Shown here: piece after piece, positions 11,755 to 34,864 of the stretch
Position numbering within the stretch: position 1 is the first letter of the stretch
Layout: each line of letters begins with the position of its first letter
NCBI GenBank assembly: GCA_002104945.1
Contig: MCFH01000011.1
Location: forward strand, 1-64,000
Source of the DNA: Piromyces finnis finn
Lineage: Eukaryota > Fungi > Neocallimastigomycota
DNA length: 64,000 bases
Reading direction: 5' to 3'
Position numbers and translations under genes: made by a program
The notes under the pieces: generated by a model
What the model was told of the DNA's origin: nothing
Databases searched by the model: none
The model's input: the letters and a program-made list of their open reading frames with translations, nothing else

Positions 11755-12861
11755 TTAGTTCATAGAGTGACCACCACAAACCCATTTTATTTTTTTATCT
11801 TTTAAAGATGAAATAGGAATTGTTTGATTAGTAGTGTACCAAGTACATTGACAACATATTGATGTAGAACCTAAAAAAAAAGATATGATTATAAATTTAT
11901 ATTTTTGTTTATTAAAAAGAAAAAAGATTAATACATATTAGTATGTGTGGTTTTATACCTTTTTTAGGAATAAGTTCTTTTGAAAGTTTATTAATATTTG
12001 GAACATAGTTTCTAAAGAATAAGTAATTTACTTTATTACTCCATTCATAATCCTTAAAATACATACAATTGAAATCACATGAAGTGCATCTTAGTTTACT
12101 GCATGACCTTTATTATTTAATAAAAATTCAAGTTTTATAAGTATTATATACGAAATTAAAATTTTCATTTCTATGATTATGTATGAATTATGTTAATATT
12201 ATTTACTTTTTATTATTTCCAATAGTTATTCCTTCTGGACCACCAATACATACTGTTGTACATCTATTTATTAAAAAATAATGAACAATATAAGATATTA
12301 TATACGATTTTTTTTTATTTTAAATTATTGTTATATCTTTTTCATAATAACTGATTATTACTTTGCTTTATGGTGAGATGTTGAACTATTATGTGTATTA
12401 TCTTTAATTGCTAATTTAGAACTTTGTGAATTAGTGGTATTATTACTGGTATATGATGCCTTTCTTTCGATTGCTATTTCCTTTTTATCAAATTTGTATT
12501 TACTAGCTGGTTTTAAATCCAATATATTATTGTTAGGTATGGCTGTATCAAAGGAAGACAATTCTTTCAATATATCGTTAATTTCATCTGTAGTAGTATT
12601 GTTTTGATATGTGTCAGTTTTATCATTATTATATTTTGAAATACCAGTGTTAATATTATATGATTTATTTTTATAAGACTTTGGTGGGCTATTTCATTAT
12701 TTTAATTATTATACATAATTAATATATATATGGTTATAAAAGTGTAATAAATATATCAATATTCAAATTAATTACTTTGGTAAAGTATCTTGTTCTAATT
12801 CTAATTCTTTAAGTAAATATTCTATATCATCTTCCATGTCAGACTTAATTAAGGATGCCAT
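11755..12861 (-). CDS. CFAP418: Cilia- and flagella-associated protein 418 (C8orf37 / RMP-domain) homolog, 5 exons
   Basis: Spliced translation gives MASLIKSDMEDDIEYLLKELE...KCTTVCIGG...SCSKLRCTSCDFNCMYFKDYEWSNKVNYLFFRNYVPNINKLSKELIPKKGSTSICCQCTW...KWVCGGH, matching the C8orf37 pattern (LRC..CDF, YLFFRN.P, CQCSW, WVCGKH). All four introns are GT-AG and in phase. Confidence 0.9.
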
Positions 12862-13357
12862 TTTGATAAAAATACTTTAGAAAACAATGCTAAAAAAAAG
12901 AAAAGGTTATATAAAGTTTATTTTAAAAAAGTAAAGAAAAAACTTTTTATTAAAAAGAAATTAAAATAAAAATTTAATTAAAATTTAAAATTTTTAATTA
13001 ATAACATAAAATATTTATTAAATAAAATTAAAGTTTTTCATTTTTTTTTTTCAACAACTTTTTCATATATGAAATAATAAGAAAAGAAAGAAGAGAATAC
13101 TAAAACTTTATTATTTATTTTTTTAGGATGATGTTACACCAATGATTAAACTCTTTCATTCAAGGAAACCAAAAAGTTGTTGAATAATACGAATTAATTA
13201 AATAATTATTTCTAATTAACTAAATGTATGAATATTTTAATTTATATATGAATAATGATCATTATAATTGAGATAAAAACTTTTTTTTTTATTTTATTTT
13301 ATTTATTACTATTAGCATTTTTTTTTTTTGTACATTTACATTTTGATATATCATGAC

Positions 13358-13436
13358 ATTATTATTATTATTATTATTTATTATTATTATTACTATTATT
13401 ATTATTTATTATTATTATTTATTATTATTATTATTA
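13358..13436 (+). repeat. Interrupted (TAT)n microsatellite
   Basis: Directly visible attattatt run between CFAP418 and the STRIP 3' end. Confidence 0.8.
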
Positions 13437-13534
13437 GTATTTTTATAATCTTTAATTTTTAAATGAAATATTTATTTATTTCTTAAATGTTAAGATATAT
13501 ATATATATATGTAATGTATTATTTTATTTTATTT

Positions 13535-15657
13535 TTATTTCCAGACTTCATCATTTTCGTCCAATGGATAGTCCCAACCCATATTATTCTCATTACCCGA
13601 ACTAAGTTTATCATCATTATCATAGTCTTCATCATTGTACCATTCAAAATCATTAGTATTTATATTATTGTAACTATCCCCAAAGATATCCTTATTTAAT
13701 TTTTTGTTGGAAAACAGTAAGTTTGAACCAACTAAGTCAGAATCAAGGGAAACAAGATTATTAAAAATTTGCTCATTTGAAAGATGAAGTTCTTCTATAC
13801 TACCTTTTTTGTTATTTAAATCATCATTATCTGGTTCATTCCATACTTCTTGATTTAGCCATGCTTCATAATTATTCATAAAGTTTTCATCAAGTTCCAA
13901 ATTTTCATAATTTTTCTTATAATCTGCATCTTTAATTGATGAATCAACTAAATTAAGACGTGATAAAAAGTCATCTTCAAAAGTATCAACAATTGATTTT
14001 TGAGATTGGTTACTATTATTATTATTATTATTATTATTTTCATTTTCAGAATCAAGGTTAACATTTGGAAACATTCTTTTATGATAATGAATAATTAAAT
14101 TTCTTAGTTGCTGCTCTTGATACTATATTCAAATAATTCAATAATAATAACAAAATAAATAATATTATGTGAAATACAAATACAAATACAATTTAGCAAT
14201 TTAAATTTCATCCTTAGAATAATATATATAGTATAATGATATATTTTGACTCACCAAAGCATCATCAACATCTACTTCATTATTGTCATTACATAAATAA
14301 TTGTCTTCAATATCTGGTCTTAAGTTTAAATAAATAGCTGTGATAATTCTCATATTACCTATTGAAGGATTAAATGGATTAACAACAATAATAAATATGT
14401 AAATATATATTTATTTAATATATATATGAATATTTATATAAATAGTTACTTGATTTCCATTTCTTTCCTAAAAATGGAATTTGACTTTTTAAAAGTTTTA
14501 ATACGTAGAGTTGAATTCCAATATGATTTACTCTCAATATTCTTTTTAATACAGCACTAGTTTTCCATTGTACTAGTGCTAATATTCTATGCATTTTTCT
14601 TTTTGTAATTATTTGTAAGACTCTTAAAAGATTAATCGAGGTAAAGAAATTTCTCCAACAGGATGGATACAAATTAACTTTATTTGCATTTTCATTCATT
14701 GGTTTATCTTCAGAAGTTTCTAAGGTATCATTATTTTTAGTGCCTTCTGTTATATTTTGATCTTCATTTTTTGGTTCTTCGTCACCATTACTATTGTCCT
14801 TATCTTCTCCATTAGTTTCTTTACTTTCATTTTCGTCTTGTTCTTCAGCATTTGGATCAACTCTACAGAAATCAAAGAAGCTTATAAATTAATTTTTTTT
14901 TAAAAAAAGAAGAAAAGATTAATATAAAAAACCCCAATTTTATAGTGATCATTGTTATAGAACCTTTTTATAAAATATATAGTTATTATTATAAAATTTA
15001 CTTTAATTCTTTAACATTAGTTTTTTTACATAACCATGAAGCTGCCATAGTATTAGACATTGGATTAACAGGGTTTTCATTATCTTTATTATAATTATCA
15101 TTATTGTAGATAGACATAATTTCTTCATCGTATGGAACGGCCGAGTTTTGAAACCATATACTAAGCATTTTTAAAATTAATATTGAACAATTGTTATCCA
15201 CAAGAAGCTGTGATATATATTCACATTGTAATACATCTATTGTATTTTATTAATGTTTATGAGAAAAAAATATATAATTTTTATAGTTAAGTGGTATAAC
15301 TTTTTCTCTTTTTTGATTGATTACTATATATTATATTTATTATAATAATATTATTAAAAAAAGGATACGACAATATTTTGTATATTTTAATAAAAGAAGT
15401 AAAATAGCAGATACAGCTTTAGTAACAACTTCTTTATGTCTTTCTAAATCAATTTGATCAACATATTTTCTATAGAGATCTTTAACTTTTTCTTTTTCTT
15501 CTTTTGTTTCCGGTTTTAATTTTTTAATTTCAATAAAGCTTTCTATTAACTTTTGATCTTTAGTTTGAATATTATTTCCAATATTAATATAGTAAAGTAA
15601 TCTAACAAGCATAGCTATATGAGTTGGCATATTTGGTAATAAATTTTTCTTTTTAAT

Positions 15658-15709
<52 letters not shown>

Positions 15710-15752
15710 ATTAAATAAAATTTTTTAGTTTCATTATTCATTTATTTATTCC

Positions 15753-15801
<49 letters not shown>

Positions 15802-18272
15802 TAAATAATGACTTACATAAAGTTTTCTTATAGATCTTATAACATCAAATTCTGATTTTTCTTTAGTTTTTCTATTTTCAATTCTTTCATTAATTTCATT
15901 TAATTTTGTATTATCTTTATTTGCACTTGCAATGTACTTCCAATATAAAAGAGGTAAATATTCTTTATTATTTTCAGGATCGACAACATATCCATATTCT
16001 TTTTCTGCTTCACTTTTTTTTACTCTCATTTTTTCTTCAACCATTTGAAGATTACTTAAACTAACGTATAAATTCTTTTGATATATATTACTTTTTTCCT
16101 TGATTGATTTGATAACAGGACTTTCATTATCAATAAATGGTAATACACTATGATTATTTAAAACCTTGAAATTGTTATTTAAAAAGAGTTTATATTCATT
16201 ACTTGATAATGGTGGTAAGTCTTTAACATTTGAAAGATAAACCGATGGATATTTATAAGTAGTTTCTGTATAGAATTGATAATAATCTTCAGGGGTCGCT
16301 TTGACATATTGTTCTTGAATTATTATATAATAATATTTTTGAATGATTTAATATTTTATACACAAATTAATAATAAATATTATATATATGATTTATTAAC
16401 TAACTTGATTCATCTATTTCATCTAACCCATTTTCTTTTCTTAATTCATTTTTTAACTCTTTTAGTTGATCTAATTTTCCATAACTTGCAAGCATAGTTT
16501 TCCATAAAAGTAATAATAACTATATTAAAAAAATTTTTTTTATTTTATAATATTAGTAATAATATTAATATATATATTATTGAAGAAAATACATGATATA
16601 TTTAACATATATCGAATTTTAATCCTAATATTTTAAATTTATTTATATTTAAAATAATACCTTTTTTACTGGATAATTTTTTCTATTTGCTAGTAATGCA
16701 ACTAAATTGAAAAGATATGCAGGAAGTGGTGGTTCTAATTTGTCTATTTATATTTGTATATATTATTTATTTTTGTATTGTTAATCGTTGAATATTTGAC
16801 ATTATCAATTTTATTTAATTATTTTTTTTTTAAAAAAAACCTAAATCTTTTGAGAAATCCTTTTCTCCATTATTCACTTCAACAATCATGTATAATAAAC
16901 TAAGATAAAGACTGATTTCTGAATTTGTTTGATTCATAGCATTTTGTAATTCTTCATTTTTAGTATTTTGATCATATGATTTAACAATAGAATCGAGTAA
17001 CGATGAACCAATTTTTAAAATTTGATAACAATATGGTAAAGCATCATTTTGCCACAAAAGTCTACAATTATATTTAATCCATTTCATTTGTTCCTCTTTT
17101 GAAGAGCATTCAGCAAAAACACCTTTAATTTATTTTTTTAAAATTTTAAAATTTATATTAATAAATAATATTATATACGAATATTTCTAAAAACAAACAA
17201 ATTTACTAACATATTTATTGATATATTATTTATTCTTAACTTTTTTTATTACCTTGTGATAAATATAATAAAATAGTGGCGGATGCGGAACGTTGATCTG
17301 AATTAACAATTTCTAATGTTTCTAATAAATATGTAATATAATCAATTCTTTCTTTATCTGTTGCAGTAATCCATTCTATCATAAAAATTTTTATATTTTT
17401 AATTTGTATTGTAAGGTTAATAACACACTTGGATTTATAGAATATATATATATATATATAAATATAAATATATAAACCTTTTTGAAAAGAATATTCAAAT
17501 AATCTTTTTCCTTCTTGAATATATGGATTATCTTGATAATTATAAAACTCATTTATTTCATTTTCCATAGTATCAACATCGTTATATATGAAATCATACT
17601 GGAATAAAATATAATATTTTAAAACAATATATCATAAATTATATATATATAAATTAATTTTTGAATATATACAATGTATTGATTTATATAAAATAATTTA
17701 TAAACGATTTTCTATATTAAAAAAAAAATACTTTTGGCTTTTGAAATGTATTTTTTTGGATTAGTTGTTTTAAATCGGTTATTGGAATTCCGCTTGAAAT
17801 ATTATTTTCAGCACCTGTAGTATCAATTACTTGTTTAATATCGGGTTTTATGGTTGAATCATCAGTTGTGAAATTATCGTTATTATCTTCAAATATTTTT
17901 GACATACTGTCATTCTTATTAAAATTTGTGTTGGTTTCAGAATTGTCAAATGACATTTTCTTTAAATCTTTTGATTTAATTGTTTTATCTCCGTCAAGTG
18001 AATTATTATCTTCATTATGATTAGTTTGAATAATTGATAAAATATTATTATTATTGTTATTTTCATTTGTTGATTCTTTTGAATTTGATAATTGAATTAA
18101 TTTTTTATTGGCATTTTGTAAAGTTGTGAAACTTGGATCTGGGGTATATGATTTTGGAGAAGATAATTTTATTGAATGAGCTTGAGTCTCACTAATAAAT
18201 AATAAAAGTGAATAATATATAATATGTGAATAATATTTATAAATAGAAAGAACATTATCCGTTATTAATAGA

Positions 18273-18313
<41 letters not shown>

Positions 18314-18370
18314 TAAAGTAAAAGTTGGTTTACTTATTTAATATTACTTTTTCATTAAAACAAATGCCAT
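13535..18370 (-). CDS. FAR11: Far11 / striatin-interacting protein (STRIPAK subunit; N1221 + DUF3402 type), multi-exon
   Basis: Motifs YDFIYNDVDTMENEINEFYNY, LYLSQGVFAEC, YPVKKLLLLLWK, RHKEVVTKAVSAILLLLLK, CWRNFFTSINLLRVLQIITK and LYVLKLLKSQIPFLGKKWKSS match the STRIP1/Far11 family. GT-AG introns were traced in phase. Start is 18370 or the in-frame ATG at 18355. Confidence 0.92.
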
Positions 18371-19266
18371 TGTTTTATATATATTTTTATTCTAAATTTT
18401 AATTTCTAGTATTTTTTTTTTTTATTAGTTTTTCATAGATAGATATAATATTTGGCTTATTTCAATATATGTAATGAATGTAAGATAAATTATCCCCAGA
18501 ACATTAAAATTATTTATATAATGGTTAAAATTTAATAATTAATATTAAAAGTATAATAAAGAAGTAAAATATTAATTTAATTTTTTTTTTTTTAACTAGT
18601 TAAATTTTTAAAAAATATATGTTAAGATTTACATGTTTTATACATTTTAGAATGGTAAACAATTTAAAAGAAAACCTTTTTTGGTTATTTATTTATTATA
18701 GCTAAAGTCTTCTTCTTCTTCTTTTTTTTTTTATTTTTTAAAAAATATACTTTTTTGAAATTAATTTTGAAATTTCAAATTTAAAATCAATTTCTCTTAT
18801 TATTAATAAAAAAGAAAGTTTGAAAAATACTTTTTATTTTTTTTTTTTAAAAAAAGTAAATAAATATATAAAAAAAATTAAATTTGATATTTTCCTATTA
18901 ATTAAAATTTATTATTTTTCAATATTAATTAAAAATGAAAAAGTTTAAAGTTTAAATCTATTGAAGTTTTAAAATTTGGAAAAATAACTTTTTGTTTTAA
19001 GTTTTTTTCTTTTTTTAATATTAACTATATAAAAAGAATAAAAATAATCCTAGATTAAAATAATAGTAATAACAACAACATTAATAATACTGTATAAAAT
19101 GGAGGATTAAAAAATAATTATAAAACAAAATACATATTTTCACTACACACACAATAAATTGTTTCAACAACTAAAAATATTAAATAGTTTTTTTTTTTTT
19201 ACATTGAATTGAATATTCATATATATATATATAAATATTTTTAAATTATAATTTATAGTAATAAAT

Positions 19267-27059
<7,793 letters not shown>

Positions 27060-27520
27060 TAGTAATCCTTGAACTATTTATATTAGATTTTTTATTATTT
27101 TTTTAAAAAAAAAAAAAAGATTTTTTTACCGAATACTGTTATTAATTTTTTTTTATTATTATTGCATTTACATTACATTATACAAAATAATATTTAATAG
27201 TATTATTTTAGTATATATTCAACATTTTATCAACTTATCGATTTTTATTTTTTATTTTTTATTAATTTTTACATTTACATGTATATAAATTATAATACAA
27301 TATTTACATCAATTTTTAAAGTATTTTATAGATTTTTTTTAAAAAAAAAAAGTTTTATTAAATTAATACAATAAATATAATAAAGATACTATTTTAATTA
27401 ATAGTTATATAAAATAAAATAAAATAAAATAAATAAAAAGTTTTAAAAATTCGATAATTTTTTATTGAATAAAAAAAAAATAATAAAGTTATAGTATTTT
27501 TTTTTTATTATTAATTTTTT

Positions 27521-29874
27521 TTAATGAGATGATTTAGTAATTATATTGTGTAAAACATCTTCTAATGAAGTTTGATTTAATTCAAATTCTCTAATTCCAT
27601 AATGATATGCTTCATCGGTAGTTATTACCTTAAAAACATTCATTAATATATTAATATTTTTTTCAAAAACGTAAATAAATTTTGAATTGTCATCTTTAAA
27701 ATTCTCACAATAAAACTTGAATGGAAATCCAATAAATACCTTTTCTTCGATAAATCTATATATTATTATTATAATAATAAATAAAAATATTAAATGTCTA
27801 AATTTCTTTTTTACTTAATAATAATAATAATAATGAGAATTTGAATAGTATCGAACCTTTTAATAGTTTCAATTTTATATATTGAAGTAGTGACAAGTAC
27901 TGTTAAAGTATAACCATTTCCATAATAATTTTTTAATTCTAATGGTGATCCTATACATTCCATGGTACCATTGACAATTATACCTATTCTATTACACAAA
28001 GCATTTGCTTCTTCCTATATTAAATATAGTTTAATTTTTTTTCCTATTAATTTAATTATAATCTATTTTTTATACCTACCATATTATGAGTAATCTTTTT
28101 TTTTTTTTTTTATTTCAAAAATATCAAACAATTTTATAATTTAGATATTAAAATTATATTACTAAAAAAGTATTAATATAAATTACCAATAAAATTGATA
28201 ATGATTTTTTTAATTCGGATATAACACTCCATAAGTTATTTCTCATTAATGGATCAATTCCTGTCTAAAAAAAAAAAAGATAATTAAAATATATTTATTA
28301 TTATAATGTATCATTATTATTATTATTATTTAAGATCTATTTATCTAAATTTAAATGTCTGTTTCTATCTATATAAATGGGTGATATATGGATTAAAATT
28401 ATGGAAAGGGGAAATTTTTACTGTTGGTTCATCTAAAATAACCATTTTTGGATTTCCGATTAATGAAAGGGCTAAACTTAATCTTCGTTTTTCACCCCCT
28501 GTCATAAATTTTACATTTTTTTTTGAATGACAATGTTTATAATTTTCTAGTTTTTTTCTAATATTTGTTGAAACCATGTCATGAATACCAACATTTTCCA
28601 TACATTTTAATATAATCTGCTTTTCATATCGATGGGGGATACCTTTTATTTTTGAAAATATTTTTAAATGTTCGATGGCATTTAGTTCATCCCATAAAAT
28701 ATCATTCTTTTTAAAATATAAATAACATACATTTATATATATATTTAATAATCATATTTTCAAAACTTTTCTCAATTATATATATATGTGTATTCTTTTC
28801 TTTTTTTTTTATTACCTGAGGACAGATTCCAAAATAATAATTTTTATAATAAAGATAGTTATTTTCACTTGAATTAATTATTTTATCTTGAAATTGAACA
28901 GAACCAGTACATGGTTGAATATAATTAGTTAAAATTTTACATAAGGTAGTTTTTCCTTTTTTTCAAATGAGGTAATAAATTGAAATATAATCATAATTAT
29001 ATATAATTGGGATAGATGAATAAATATAAAATCTTTCTCTCTCTCTCTTTTTTTTTTTTATAAATTACCTGAACCATTAGGTCCTAATAAACCAAATACT
29101 TCATTTTCCTTTATAGAAAAATTAATTTTATCCAATACTAATTTTAATTCTTTTTGATTCATATCCTCATTATTTTCATTTTCAATATTAGAATTTCGAT
29201 TGAGTAAATCAGTAATTTTTTTGATAATATTTTTTAAAAATGATTTCTCATTTCCACCTTTATATATCATGCTGACATTAGATACTATTAATTCATCTTG
29301 ACTATTTTCACAGTAATGATAATAATTATTGAAATCTCGATCCTTTATTGTTTTATGATCAAAGTATCCATTCACGGTATTATTGCTTTTAGTCAACCAT
29401 TTATTTAAAATATTACTTCTTTTAAAAAAATAACAAAGTACTCTTTTTTTAAATATTATTTGATATAATCCATAGATTATGAAAAGAATTAAAAGATCAA
29501 TAAGAATAAATAAATTATTTCTTCCTATGGGGTTTTTTAAATTATTTAATAAATCTAAATTCCATAACTATTAAAAGTTTTTGAATATTAAAAATGGGAA
29601 ATATTGTTATTTGAAATCTTTATCCATTTTTTTTTATATTTTTACTATGATAAAAAAAAATTTATATATATTTTCTTTACCTTTTTATTATCATCCATAA
29701 CATATTGACTAATAGTATAGATTATATTGCAAAATGAAAAAAAAGGCCATAATAAAAAATAATTTGGCATTGTAGTCGTGTAAAGTTCATTTAAACCCAT
29801 TCCAGTTAAAATACTAAATAAATATATAGAATAATAAAAAGCTTTATAATAATAAAATAATAAAATTAATTATA

Positions 29875-29922
<48 letters not shown>

Positions 29923-30997
29923 AAATAATTAAACATTAATGATATTTCAATAATAATAATAATAGTGTAATAATAAATCAATTGAATAACCAAATATTTA
30001 CATGAATTATTATAGTTTAAGATGATAGAGAAATAAAACAAGAAAAATACCAAAAGGGTTTGAGCGATACCCCAAAACCATAATACGACCCATAGAATCA
30101 TGTTTTTCATATCAAAAAAATGCATTTTAAAAAGATTTCCCGAGAGAAAAAACATTAAATTTGAAATAAAATAAAGAATATTAAAGTATATAAAATAAGT
30201 TATATAATAGATCTGCATGGATAATCCATTCTTAGTATAATAAAAAATGTATAGATATATATATTTATATGTATGTTTATAAATAATTAAAAATAAATTA
30301 TAGTTAAAGTAATAGGCTTAACATATTTTATTTTATTAAAAAAATCCACTTTACTGCTTTTAATATATAAATTTTTTGATCTCGGTAATCTTTTAATAAG
30401 ATAAACGCATTTACTATAAATAAGTAGGAAAATCCAAAAATAAATACAATCTTTACAATATAATCTTCATAATTTATATTCATGTAGGATTGAACTTTTT
30501 CAGGAAAAATCTATAATTTAAAAAAAAAAAGTGGTACTTAATTTATTCTTTTTTTTTTTTCCAAGAATAAATTATTATAAAAAATTAAAAAAAAAAAAAA
30601 AAAAAAACCAAACTGACTCTTAATCCTTGGGTGATTATAATATTATCATGATTTGTAATATGATTTACTGAAGTAGTACAATTATGCATTTTTATTTTTT
30701 AAATATAAAAAAAAGTTTTTTTTTATTATATATTAAAGTATAAAAAAAAATATTTATTATTACTCTTTATATAAAAAGCTTACAAAAAGCATTAGAAAGC
30801 CAAGATTGATAAATTAATCGTCTAAAACCTTCTGAGGGCCAAAATATAATATTATTTAAAAAAGGAAAGGTTCCAATTTGTAGAGTATATTCAAATTTTA
30901 ATTTTTCTTTATCGACTATATTAATAATTAAAGCTATATATATAAAAATAAAAAAATGAAAAATTTTTAATTTGAAAATACAATTTCATATTATCCC

Positions 30998-31033
<36 letters not shown>

Positions 31034-33478
31034 ATATAATTCAACCTCCAGATGGAAGATTTTTAATTTCTTCAAGGAAAGTCAAATAAAAGTTTATGGA
31101 AGAATAATTTGTATAATTTGATCCACAACTTTTATTAATATAATGATTTACTCTAGTTTCTGAACTTTTTTTTTTTTTTTTTTGTATATATTTATATAAA
31201 ATAAAATATATGAATAAAGTATATAAAATATATAAATATAAACACAAATATATATATATATATATATTATTATTATTATGATTTACTTTAAAAATGTAGT
31301 TGAGATGATATTGTCAATAAAATGAGATCGTTCTTTATCCATTTCATCCGACGTAGCAACAACAGTAAGATTATTAAAATAATTATGTATAAAATTAAAT
31401 TTAGGAACCGTTTGAACTGTCATAGCAATTGAAGAATTTGTGGTTACAGATGAATTTAATAAAGGTTTATGATTTTCCAAAGGAGTATATTTAAAATGTT
31501 CATGTTGATATTGATCCTCTAGTCCTTTTTGAGATACATTAATTATGCTATTGTAAGTTTCATTGTGAAAAAAGTCAAGATAAAGTAATTTTGGAATATT
31601 ATCAAGTATTTTTAAAAACTTATCATCTATTTAAAACAATAAGATTAATATATATAAATTTTTTTTTTTTTAAAAATAATAAAAAAAAAAAGAACAAGTA
31701 ATAATTAATAATTAAGAAAAAAAGTAGGAATAATAATTTTTTTTTAAAAAAAAAAAAAAAAACATAAATAGATCTATATATTATTTTATTTTATTCACCT
31801 TTAGAAGAAACAATTAATAAAAGGTTCATTTGAAATTGGATTAAATACACCAACTTTTTTAAATGATTTTCATTATTTAAAAATTTTTTTCGAACTATTT
31901 CTGTCAAAGCATTATTCCTATTAAAAATTTTGGACATGTTTTTTTTTTGACTAACTGGGATGTCAATTAGGTTGTTATAAATGTTATCTTTGATTTCCAT
32001 TCTTTTATTTAAATATGGAGTTTGTAAACTATTTGGATTATCCAACAATAAATCATTTATTTTTCTAGACAAATTATCATGAAAATAAGAATTTTCCAAA
32101 ATTTTTTCAAGAATTGAATTGGATTCCTCGTTCATTACGTTAGAAAGGATAGTTAAAAAAATTTCAGGATCTGATAAAATATTGTTATATACCTTATTTT
32201 TAGTATCTTGAAAAACATCACCGAAAAACCATCCATTATATGGTTGAGATCTAAATGTACTGTATATAAAGAAAAAAAAATATTATATATGTATATATAT
32301 ATTCATATTAATATATACGAAGAAAAATGATTAATTACCAAAGTTATAATTGTTTCTACATACCTATCTAATTTAAATCTATCATCAGTATTAGGATCAA
32401 CATCATAAGGAAAAGAATAAATATAATCTTTTTTATTATAAAAAGTATTGTTGCTACAAAATAATTATTATATAAATAGAGTATTCTTTCAAGAAAATAT
32501 ATGATATATGTATATAGTATCAATCGTATATGAATTAAAAAAAAAAAAAAAAAAATACATTTTAATTTTCCCACCACCAAACCAATAAGTACAACTACAA
32601 AATTGACCAGGAATCATGGTCAAATCAAAAGTTTCATTATAAATATTATATAAGCTTCAATTTATAAATAATATATTTAATTTTAATTAATATTTATAAA
32701 AAACATATTTTATTTTTTAATAATATAAAGTTCAACTTTTTTTTAGTGAGCTGTTGTTGTTTATATTCCCCTTTTAATTTTATTTTATGTATATATAAAT
32801 AAATATAATAAGTATATATATATTTCATATTTAAATAATTATGAATATATCTATATATGACACTATGAAAATAGAAGAATCATAAAAAAAAAAAAAAATA
32901 TTATTTACATAATTTATCTTCAGGAATATAAAAATTAAAATGTTTTACCATTTTTGTATCATGGCTGGATTCATCACTGAAATTTGAAACTGGTATTTTT
33001 GTGATATCAAATATTGGAATATTATTATAATCTGATGAATTAACAGAAGAACAAAGAATATAATCTATTTTTTTTTTTTATTATTCGTTTAGTTTATTGA
33101 AATATAGTATGAAACACTTTTAATTATTATAAATTTTCATGTATAAACGTTACTTTCTTTTGAAAAATAGGTATCATTGTAATATTTCAATATATAAACA
33201 ATAAAGTTTGGGATGAGTACCAAAAGAAATGGAATAATTATGATGATGAATAAATTAGTTTTCCATTGCCTTTTAAACAAAATGTAATTTTTATACATCT
33301 AAATATATATATATAGAAAGATAGATATGAATTTTAAAAAGTAAAATAATTAATTGTTAACTGTTCAATAAATAAAGAATGAAATAAATGAAAAATATAT
33401 ATATATATATACTAATGCAATAAATTGCATTGAAAAACATGGTTTGCATTCAATAACAGTTTGATTATCTAATGACAT
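27521..33478 (-). CDS. ABC transporter, ABCA subfamily, apparently one TMD + one NBD
   Basis: N-terminus MSLDNQ...MQFIAL|MYKNYILFKRQWKTNLFIIIIIPFLL (ABCA first TM pattern); Walker A FGLLGPNGSG|KTT; Q-loop FGICPQ; signature MTGGEKRRL; Walker B VILDEPT; H-loop ITHNM; LCNRIGII; C-terminal TSLEDV. Some middle exons were not fully traced. Confidence 0.85.
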
Positions 33479-34631
33479 TATATATAATTTTTTTTTTTTA
33501 TAGTTTCAATAAAGTTTCAATGAGACTACTGAATGGTTGAGAATGGTTTTAAAGTATATATATATATATATAATTTTACCAATATTGATAGTATAATTTT
33601 TTATTGTAGACAACATAATTTTTATTAATTTTTTTTATAAGAAAATATTAAAAATTTTGATTTTAGAAAATAGAAAAAAAAGGGTTTAAATACTACAAAT
33701 CCTTTTTCCTCTTTTATTATGGTAAAGTCTAAAAGTAAAATATATATATAAAAGCATATTATTAATATAATTTTAATAATACTATAAAATTTAAAGTTAA
33801 ATTAAAATAATAATTCATAATAATACCATAGTATTTCTAACTCTATTCCAAAAAGAAAAATCAATTATCAATACTATAAGAAATACGAAACCTCTCGACT
33901 TTATATATATATATATATATATTTTATAGAAAAACACCAACTATCATTCAAAACATTATTTTTATAAATATTTTAATTTCATTCTTTTTTTTTTTTTTTT
34001 TTCGTTCATTTGTGTATATAATTTTGATTAGGTAAATATTCTTATCCTTTTTTTTTTTTTTTTATTTCGTTTACCATTGAAAAACTTTTTTTTAAACTTT
34101 GAAAAAACAAACTAACAAAAAAAATAAAGGTATTTTTTTTTAAAACTTTTTATTATTAATATTGGTATAAGATTAATTATTTATATATGTTTATTTATTT
34201 AAAAATAAATAATTATTATAATATTATGTTGATATTAGTGTTATTAAAGATAATAAATAATGTTTTATATTTTTTCAAATATAAATAAGAAAAAGGATAA
34301 GAAAGAAAACAAAGTTGAGGTATTATTATAGAATACAATAATTCTATATAAATATTGGATTAAAAAAAAAAAAAAAGTGTATAATACTATAGAATGCTTA
34401 TAGAGCTTTGTAAAAAGTTGTTGAATTTTAATTATTAAAGAGTAATACTAATAAAATTTAAAATAAAAAGACTTTTAATGATAAAGATTAAAGTAAAAGT
34501 TTAAAAAAAAAAGCTACATTTTTTTTTTATATAAATAATAATAATAATAATAATAAAAGATTATACTAAAAGAAAAAAATATATATATATTTACACATGT
34601 ATCCTTTGAGCTTTAATTTAAAAAAAAAATA

Positions 34632-34662
<31 letters not shown>

Positions 34663-34864
34663 ATATTAATTTAATGATTAACTATAATAATAGATTTTTT
34701 TTTTGCTTTAATATAAATTTATTATATATAGGGAAGGTTATAAGATGACAGGTGAGGATGACATTGAAATTAAAAAAAAATATAATACTTTTATCATAAT
34801 ATATATACACATATATATTATTTTGTTTTTCCTTTTATATATATATATATATGTTTTATATATT

